NCBI GenBank assembly: GCA_026625185.1
Contig: CP113000.1
Coordinates: 1,755,622 to 1,787,621 of the forward strand
Length of the DNA stretch: 32,000 nt
Reading direction: 5' to 3'
From: Thermodesulfobacteriota bacterium
Lineage (GTDB): Bacteria > Desulfobacterota > WTBG01 > JAGOGO01
In this document: positions 17,394-22,767 of the stretch, piece after piece
Layout: each line of letters starts with the position of its first letter
Position numbering within the stretch: position 1 is the first letter of the stretch
Made by a program: the position numbers and the translations under genes
The notes under the pieces: generated by a model
Database searches by the model: none
Told to the model about the DNA's origin: nothing
What the model saw: the letters and a program-made list of their open reading frames with translations, nothing else

Positions 17394-18141
17394 CGAGGAG
17401 CCCTTGATCAACGTTTTGGATTTTATCGATCATCGCCTGTTCAAGGCTGGGAAACCCGACGTGCATTTCCCCCGGGGTTGCGATCGCCAGAAACTTTGCC
17501 CGATGCATCAGGGCCAAGCGGTCACACTTCTCTCCTTCATCAAGGTAAGCGGTGGAGATCAAGATGGTCTTTTCCGCTTTTCTCATCTGGAAAAGCATTG
17601 TCCAGAAATCCTGCCGGGAGACCGGATCAACACCGTTGGTAGGCTCATCCAGAATGAGAACCTCCGGCTCATGCACCAGGACACAGGCTAAACCGAGTTT
17701 TTGTTTCATGCCGCCGGAGAGATTGCCGACTAACCGATTGAGGAAAGGTAGGAGATTGGAAAAACCTAAGTAGCGCTCTTTTCGTTCTGCTCTCTCCCGG
17801 CCAAATACCCCAAATATATCCATAAAAAATTCAAGATTTTCCTCAACCGTGAGGTCCTGGTAAAGCCCGAAGCGCTGGGGCATATAACCAATTTTCGACT
17901 TTACTGCTTTTTTTTGGATTACAACATCTAAACCATCAATGAGAATTTTACCGGACGAAGGTTTGATGAGTGTTGCCGCCACACGAAGGAGTGAAGACTT
18001 GCCCGCGCCATCCGAGCCTACCAGACCGAATATTTCTCCTTTTCTTACCCGAAATGATGCTTCACTGACTGCCTCTATTGGGCCAAAACGGAGAGAAAGG
18101 TTTTCAACTTCAATAATGGATCGGTCATCGCAACCAGGCAT
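17374..18141 (-). CDS. ABC transporter ATP-binding protein (corresponds to the N-terminal half of YbhF-type fused ATPases)
   Basis: Walker A is GSDGAGKSS, the signature is LSGGMKQKLGLA and Walker B is VLILDEPTNGVD. The gene overlaps the HlyD gene by 17 nt. Confidence 0.88.
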   Translation of the reverse strand: MPGCDDRSIIEVENLSLRFGPIEAVSEASFRVRKGEIFGLVGSDGAGKSSLLRVAATLIKPSSGKILIDGLDVVIQKKAVKSKIGYMPQRFGLYQDLTVEENLEFFMDIFGVFGRERAERKERYLGFSNLLPFLNRLVGNLSGGMKQKLGLACVLVHEPEVLILDEPTNGVDPVSRQDFWTMLFQMRKAEKTILISTAYLDEGEKCDRLALMHRAKFLAIATPGEMHVGFPSLEQAMIDKIQNVDQGLLDEKFKS

Positions 18142-19138
18142 CGGCAGGCATCCCTGTTTTTAACTCAAGGTTAGGATTGGGGATGTTTACTTTGACAAGG
18201 TAAACAAGTTTGACTCTTTCTTTTTGGGTCTGAATGATTTTTGGGGTGAATTCTCCTTCAGGAGAAATATAGGAAACCTTGCCCTTATAAACTTTATTGG
18301 GAAAGGTATCGATGGTAACCTCCACCGCTTGTCCGGGCTTGACTTTGCCGATTTCAGTTTCGTCTACAAAAATCTTCAAATCAACGGTAGACAGATCAGA
18401 GAGGGTAAAAACTTCACGGTTAGGAGTAACAACTTCTCCCGGTTCAACGTTGCGGGTGGTGATAATGCCTTTAAAAGGCGCCGTTAAAGTGGTGTAGTTG
18501 AGTTGCAGGATTGCCAGGTCAAGGTTTGCCTGAGCCACTTTAACTTGGGACCTGGCCACTTCGATTTGTTTTGCTGTTGCTTCGATCTTTTTTAAATTGC
18601 TCTGTGCCTGGGCAAGGAGGGCTTCGTTCTGATTGAGCTGGGCACGGGCAATATCATACTCGAGCGTAACCCGATCCCACTCTTTTTCGGAAACCACCTT
18701 CTGCTCAAAGAGGTTGTCATACCGGATTTTGTCTTTTTTTGTTTTTTCCATGGTATCCCGGGCGCTGGCGACCCCAGCTTTGGCTCTTGTTACCTCCTCG
18801 GGGAGATATTCCTGATTAATCCTTAACGTGGTCTCCAACTCCTGCAGAGTTTTTTCAGACTTATCTAAATTTGCGGCCGCTTCCTCTTTTCGGGCGATAA
18901 ATTCTTCCTGGTCAAGTTCAGCAAGAACCCGGTCCCTTTCTACCAGATACCCTTCATCCACCAGGACTTTTTTTACCTTCCCGCCCACCTGAAAGCCTAA
19001 TCCCGACTGAACTTTGGCTTCGATCGTGCCGGAGTAGTAAAGTTCTTTGAGTTTAGCGCTTCTTTGTCCAAAGTATACTAAAAGACTTACTCCAATCAGA
19101 AGAACAAGGAAAAAAATAAGAACGACTCTTTTCTTCAC
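18125..19138 (-). CDS. HlyD-family membrane fusion / periplasmic adaptor protein (YbhG-like)
   Basis: GTG start at 19138 with AAGGAG 8 nt upstream. The protein has an N-terminal TM helix (VVLIFFLVLLIGVSLLVYF), a long coiled-coil segment and a C-terminal beta-barrel region (GMPADAWLR). Confidence 0.85.
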   Translation of the reverse strand: MKKRVVLIFFLVLLIGVSLLVYFGQRSAKLKELYYSGTIEAKVQSGLGFQVGGKVKKVLVDEGYLVERDRVLAELDQEEFIARKEEAAANLDKSEKTLQELETTLRINQEYLPEEVTRAKAGVASARDTMEKTKKDKIRYDNLFEQKVVSEKEWDRVTLEYDIARAQLNQNEALLAQAQSNLKKIEATAKQIEVARSQVKVAQANLDLAILQLNYTTLTAPFKGIITTRNVEPGEVVTPNREVFTLSDLSTVDLKIFVDETEIGKVKPGQAVEVTIDTFPNKVYKGKVSYISPEGEFTPKIIQTQKERVKLVYLVKVNIPNPNLELKTGMPADAWLR

Positions 19139-19307
19139 GTTTTACTCCTTCAGGAAAATAGTGGACACTATCTCCGTGAGAAAAAAGCTTTCTTTAGTGT
19201 TTGAGCTGAAAAACTCCACATAAGAGCAATAAAAATTAAAGTCCAAAGAAAGAGGTTAATTTGGACAAAAAATAATGAAGGAATTTGTTTCTCGTGAAAA
19301 AAAATTA

Positions 19308-19381
19308 CGCCCCCGACACGATTTGAACGTGCGACACAAGGATTAGGAATCCTTTGCTCTATCCAGCTGAGCTACGGGGGC
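19308..19381 (-). tRNA. tRNA-Arg (anticodon CCT)
   Basis: The reverse complement folds as a canonical cloverleaf. Parts: acceptor GCCCCCG/CGGGGGC, D arm GCTC-AGCTGGATA-GAGC, anticodon stem AAGGA/TCCTT with loop TTCCTAA, variable loop GTGTC, T arm GCACG-TTCAAAT-CGTGT. CCA is not encoded. Confidence 0.92.
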
Positions 19382-19535
19382 AACTTAATTATTTCAAATA
19401 CTTATAAATTTTTCCGAAGGGTCGCTATCTTGATAAGGTGGTTACGCACTCGCTTTTATTATACTGAATTATACCAAATTGCATAGAAAAATATTTTGCG
19501 TCGCCAACAAAAAAACAACCGACTTAATCATAACC

Positions 19536-19650
19536 TGTCCCTTACGCGTGTCCCTAATTGTCCCTTAAATGTGTCACAGTAACATGTCACTGCATGTCAC
19601 AGTAGCGTGTTTTAAAATGTCCTATATCGCTGTCCTATAGTTTCCTATGC
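19536..19650. repeat. Array of 8-9 phased short direct repeats built on TGTC(C/A)
   Basis: Copies: TGTCCCTTA (19536), TGTCCCTAA (19549), TGTCCCTTA (19559), TGTCACAGTA (19572), TGTCACTGCA (19585), TGTCACAGTA (19595), TGTCCTATA (19618), TGTCCTATA (19631), and a degenerate TTCCTATG (19642). Start-to-start spacings are mostly 10 or 13 bp. Confidence 0.65.
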
Positions 19651-19653
19651 TAC

Positions 19654-19860
19654 CTAAAGTTTATTTCCAAAGTCATTCCCTGAATAATCGGTATCACAAT
19701 TTTTACAAAATATTCTTTCTATTCCGCCAGTCTGTTCTTTATAAGTAGTTAATATTTTGCCTTGTGGACACAAAGAGGCTTTATGGAAAATTATTTCTTG
19801 AATTAAAAAATCGTCTCCACCGAACTTCTTACCTTTTTTTATCTTCATATTTTTATTCAT
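19654..19860 (-). CDS. Hypothetical small protein (68 aa) with a possible H/C-x..-CxxC metal-binding knuckle
   Basis: The gene lies 37 nt downstream of the DpnI-like gene on the same strand, with GGAG 9 nt upstream of its ATG. It contains FHKASLCPQG...FCKNCD. It is AT-rich like its neighbour. I recognise no family. Confidence 0.45.
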   Translation of the reverse strand: MNKNMKIKKGKKFGGDDFLIQEIIFHKASLCPQGKILTTYKEQTGGIERIFCKNCDTDYSGNDFGNKL

Positions 19861-19897
19861 GTCTAACTCCGTCTATACAGCATACTTTTTTAATCAT

Positions 19898-20668
19898 TTA
19901 TAGTATACGATATGTTCCCCTTCCGCTAAACTTAATATAATTTCGATCACGTAAAATCTGCAGTTGTTGACGGATCTTGTCTTTTATATGCCTATTGTCA
20001 GGGTGTTTTTTAGATAGTATAGACTCAAACCTATAAATATCGGCAATAGTAAACTCTTTCTTGCGAATAAATTCAATACAACGCATAATATCTAAAAGCC
20101 ATCCTCTCGAACCAATTTTTTTTTCTTCCCGCAAAAATAGAGTTTTCTGCCAAATCTCACAAACTTTCTGCTTCGAGACAATCTGTTTATCTCTAATCAA
20201 GAAAATTCTGCCGACTTCGGGAATCTTATTTAATAAAATATTACATCCTATCCATCCTGCTCTTCGGGCATTGATTGATAATGGCCTTCTTTTTTCAATA
20301 ATCTCTGGAACAAAAAAATGCTTAGGAATGACAAAAAAATTTGAAACTAGATATGAATTAGAATCGTAGTTAAGCATAAAAAGATTGGGGCTATTAACAT
20401 CTTGTAATCGATTAAACATTCCTTGATATGCACCATTTACAATTTTTAGTCCTAATCCATTGCCTTTACTTTTTAACTCGTAGTCTTCGTTACAGTTATC
20501 ACAAAAAAAATCAGCGGCTGGCTTATTATTTGAATATTTATACAAATGAGTATTGCCACAATTAGGGCAATAGACTTCTTTATTGACCCAATTCTCGGAT
20601 ACTACCCAAATCTTCTGAGATAAACTTTTGTAACGAATGGCTAAGTCTCTCTCAAATTCAAGATGCAT
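19898..20668 (-). CDS. DpnI-like / Dam-replacing-protein-family methyl-directed (GmATC) restriction endonuclease
   Basis: 256 aa, similar in size to DpnI. As I recall the family, these strings match it: YCPNCGN, ADFFCDNC..YELKSK, ARRAGWIGCNI, GRIFL, SRGW, YRFE, and the C-terminal winged-helix tail HIKDKIRQQLQILRD...GRGTYRIL. Confidence 0.85.
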   Translation of the reverse strand: MHLEFERDLAIRYKSLSQKIWVVSENWVNKEVYCPNCGNTHLYKYSNNKPAADFFCDNCNEDYELKSKGNGLGLKIVNGAYQGMFNRLQDVNSPNLFMLNYDSNSYLVSNFFVIPKHFFVPEIIEKRRPLSINARRAGWIGCNILLNKIPEVGRIFLIRDKQIVSKQKVCEIWQKTLFLREEKKIGSRGWLLDIMRCIEFIRKKEFTIADIYRFESILSKKHPDNRHIKDKIRQQLQILRDRNYIKFSGRGTYRIL

Positions 20669-20830
20669 ATTTGACCCCTAATTAATCTCGTCGCGCTTTA
20701 ACGCTGGATATGGTATTCACTATACTGATTATCGAAAAAACCCTCCGCAGGCTCACCATGTGGTTATTTATTTTATGGGTTAACTTTTACCTCGGGTCAA
20801 TTAAAAAAAAAATTTGCCTTTTTGATGCAA

Positions 20831-21070
20831 TTATTTATAAACAATCTTTTTCTTCAAAAACTTCTCAATATGATACTGCTGAATTTTGTTCGGCTTGGTT
20901 TTGTGGTTGAGCCAGCGACTCACGGTGGAAAAATTGACGCCGATTTTCTTAGCAAGCTCCTCTTGGGTGACTCTATTCTCCAAGCGGTAATGTTCTAACT
21001 GTTTTATAATATTTTTAGGGCGTAACTCTGGGGAGGTTATGTTTTTTGATTTGGCTTGCATATGTTGCAT
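20831..21070 (-). CDS. XRE-family helix-turn-helix transcriptional regulator (possible controller of the adjacent endonuclease gene)
   Basis: Classical HTH_3 core VTQEELAKKIGVNFSTVSRWLN. It lies 162 nt upstream of the DpnI-like gene on the same strand. The start is either ATG 21070 or ATG 21061, and neither has a Shine-Dalgarno sequence. Confidence 0.75.
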   Translation of the reverse strand: MQHMQAKSKNITSPELRPKNIIKQLEHYRLENRVTQEELAKKIGVNFSTVSRWLNHKTKPNKIQQYHIEKFLKKKIVYK

Positions 21071-21080
21071 TATATTGCAT
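21055..21080 (-). promoter_or_regulatory. Three ATGCAA hexamers at a 10-bp period, overlapping a TATAAT box and the XRE start codons (candidate operator/promoter)
   Basis: The - strand reads ATGCAAtataATGCAAcataTGCAAG. TATAAT is embedded in it, and the A of ATG 21061 lies 8 nt after that box. Confidence 0.3.
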
Positions 21081-21246
21081 AGGAGGGGGCTGAAGGCAAA
21101 GATTATTTTCGGGGATAATGATAAAAATGCGACAAAGATTAAGATTAATCAAAAACCTTTTGCTTGTGAGATAAAGCGAGATTATGGTATTTTTAACTAT
21201 TGTCCTCTCTTGATTAATCAGGGCATAAAGAAGACGACATGAAATG

Positions 21247-21404
21247 CCCCCTCACCTCAATCCTCTCCCCAAGGGGAGAGGAAGTTAGAGTGAAAAATTC
21301 TCCCCGATGGTGAGAGGATGTTTGAGTAAAAAACCTCCCCCAACGGGGAGAGGAAATGATTAGAATCCCCCTATCCCTTGAGGGAGAGGCTCAGGGTGAG
21401 GGTG
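21247..21404. repeat. Four tandem units of about 36 bp, each with a CTCTCCCC-loop-GGGGAGAGG hairpin, bracketed by an 8-bp inverted repeat
   Basis: Four hairpins: CCTCTCCCC-aa-GGGGAGAGG (21262-21281, perfect), TTCTCCCC-gatg-GTGAGAGG (21298-21317), CCTCCCCC-aac-GGGGAGAGG (21334-21353), CCCCCTATCCC-ttg-AGGGAGAGG (21367-21389). Outer inverted repeat: CCCTCACC (21249-21256) / GGTGAGGG (21395-21402). Confidence 0.65.
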
Positions 21405-21494
21405 AAATTGCAGCATATCCGACAACACATTTCATCAAATGTTATTGCAATCAATTTACTGCTTTCATTCATAAATAGGAAATAGAGTTTTTTT

Positions 21495-22418
21495 ATGATG
21501 GTTTTTCTCATAATCAGTGGATTAACGCTGATAGTGATGCTGGTTTTTTGGCTGGTTGGGGAACGCGGAAGGTTTGTGCTCCCTTCATCAATGAAAATTA
21601 TGCGTGAGCGTGGTTTAAGGCGAAGCTTCAGTTTAAGCGCTTTGCACGCGTACATCTATGGTCGTTGGACCAGGCAGTATGTGCGTTTCTTTATCAATTA
21701 TACTCCCTTGGCTTTTGGTCTTTTAATCAACAAATGGCTTCCTGACCGCTACCATGGAAAGATTTTAACCAACGACCATGCAAAAGCGATTATCACGCTC
21801 AACGTTGATATTCCTCTAAAGGAGTTGGAGCATATTATACCTTATCCTACTGCACGCAGTCTTGTTCTTAACGCTTCGCCGGAGATTGTTCTGTATGAGT
21901 GCCCGTGCCGGCATGCCCGCGCTAACCCCTGTAAACCAACCCAAGTTTGTATGGTTATCGGGCAGCCGTTTGTGGATTTTATTCTGGAACATCACACTAA
22001 AATCAGCCGCACGGTTACTCAGGCTGAGGCCCTGGCAATTCTTGAAAAAGAACATGAGCGCGGGCACCTGCATACCGCTTGGTTTAAAGATGACTGTCTG
22101 GGCCGTTTTTACGCTATCTGTAACTGCTGTAAATGCTGTTGCGGGGGGTTAGAGGCGATGAAGAATTACGGAGTGGGCCTTCTCATATCTTCAGGCTATA
22201 TATCTCAAATCGATACAAGCAGCTGCACGGTTTGCGAAAAGTGCATTGCAGCCTGTCCGTTCAATGCCCTTTCGTTGGAGGGCACGGACATTCGTTTTGA
22301 CTGGGAGCGCTGCATGGGCTGCGGTGTTTGTACCGGCCAATGCTCCCTGGGCGCTATTTCCTTAGTACGGGATGAGAGAAAGGGGACTCCCCTCGATGTG
22401 CGATTATTAGGCAATTAA
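21495..22418 (+). CDS. Membrane-anchored Cys-rich protein with a C-terminal 2x[4Fe-4S] ferredoxin domain
   Basis: N-terminal TM helix (MMVFLIISGLTLIVMLVFWLV). Cys clusters YECPCRHARANPCKPTQVC and CLGRFYAICNCCKCCCGG. Two ferredoxin motifs, CTVCEKCIAACP and CMGCGVCTGQCS. Confidence 0.75.
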   Translation: MMVFLIISGLTLIVMLVFWLVGERGRFVLPSSMKIMRERGLRRSFSLSALHAYIYGRWTRQYVRFFINYTPLAFGLLINKWLPDRYHGKILTNDHAKAIITLNVDIPLKELEHIIPYPTARSLVLNASPEIVLYECPCRHARANPCKPTQVCMVIGQPFVDFILEHHTKISRTVTQAEALAILEKEHERGHLHTAWFKDDCLGRFYAICNCCKCCCGGLEAMKNYGVGLLISSGYISQIDTSSCTVCEKCIAACPFNALSLEGTDIRFDWERCMGCGVCTGQCSLGAISLVRDERKGTPLDVRLLGN

Positions 22419-22421
22419 GTT

Positions 22422-22528
22422 TTTACCCCGTTAGAAATGCCCGCTTACCTTGTTGGATAGCAAATAGCTAACAGGGTGAAGATGCTCGGGGCAAATGCTT
22501 CGTGTGAAATTTTTCTAACGGGGTTTAC
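22422..22528. repeat. Dispersed intergenic repeat, long copy C (about 105 bp, MITE-like, 12-bp perfect terminal inverted repeats)
   Basis: ACCCCGTTAGAA (22425-22436) and TTCTAACGGGGT (22513-22524) are perfect inverted repeats. The right end GTGTGAAATTTTTCTAACGGGGTTTAC matches copies A and B. The element begins 4 nt after the stop of the Fe-S protein gene. Confidence 0.6.
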
Positions 22529-22534
22529 TCGGAC

Positions 22535-22696
22535 TTAATGTCCACCGGGAAAAAGGGTTATGCTGAGCCAGTAGAGTAAAAAAAGCAAACCAACCCCAAG
22601 TCCTATACTCCATCGGATCAATTTTTTTTCTACCGGCAGGAGCGGTTCATAATCCATCCTTTTAAGCTCTTCAGCCAGTTTTTGTTGCTCAGTCAT
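22535..22696 (-). CDS. Hypothetical small membrane protein (53 aa)
   Basis: Not in the ORF track because it is under 60 aa. AAAGGAGG lies 6 nt upstream of ATG 22696. Product: MTEQQKLAEELKRMDYEPLLPVEKKLIRWSIGLGVGLLFLLYWLSITLFPGGH, with one predicted TM helix. It lies 71 nt downstream of the YeiH-like gene on the same strand. Confidence 0.45.
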   Translation of the reverse strand: MTEQQKLAEELKRMDYEPLLPVEKKLIRWSIGLGVGLLFLLYWLSITLFPGGH

Positions 22697-22767
22697 AGCT
22701 GCCTCCTTTAAGGAAGACGAGAAAATTTTTCATAGTTAATTACATTTCACGGGGGACTATCTTTTCT

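Noticed and set aside
19471-19492. Similarity between ATACCAAATTGCATAGAAAAAT (19471-19492) and the reverse complement of 25932-25953 (ATACCAAGTTGCATTCAAAAGT), and a shared ATTGCATAG 9-mer at 19476 and 21074
   Set aside because: An 18/22 match and a single 9-mer are within what an all-against-all comparison of 32 kb of AT-rich spacers yields by chance. This is not enough to call a repeat family or island-flanking direct repeats.
19308-21240. Classical tRNA-targeted integrative element (genomic island with attL/attR)
   Set aside because: No integrase or recombinase gene is present. The islet lies on the 5' side of the - strand tRNA rather than at its 3' end, and I could not find a repeat of the tRNA 3' segment at the far border. 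Horizontal origin is still suggested by composition.
21247-21404. Possible miniature CRISPR array (regularly spaced palindromic repeats)
   Set aside because: There are only four units. The would-be spacers are 13-16 bp and resemble each other, the repeats are degenerate, and there are no cas genes in the window. A tandem REP-like hairpin array is the better description.
21039-21655. ORFs 21039-21242 (+) and 21371-21655 (-)
   Set aside because: The first overlaps the XRE start/operator region and has no usable start codon after the AGGAGG at 21081. The second simply translates the hairpin repeat array (..TLTLSLSLKG) and runs antisense into the Fe-S gene.
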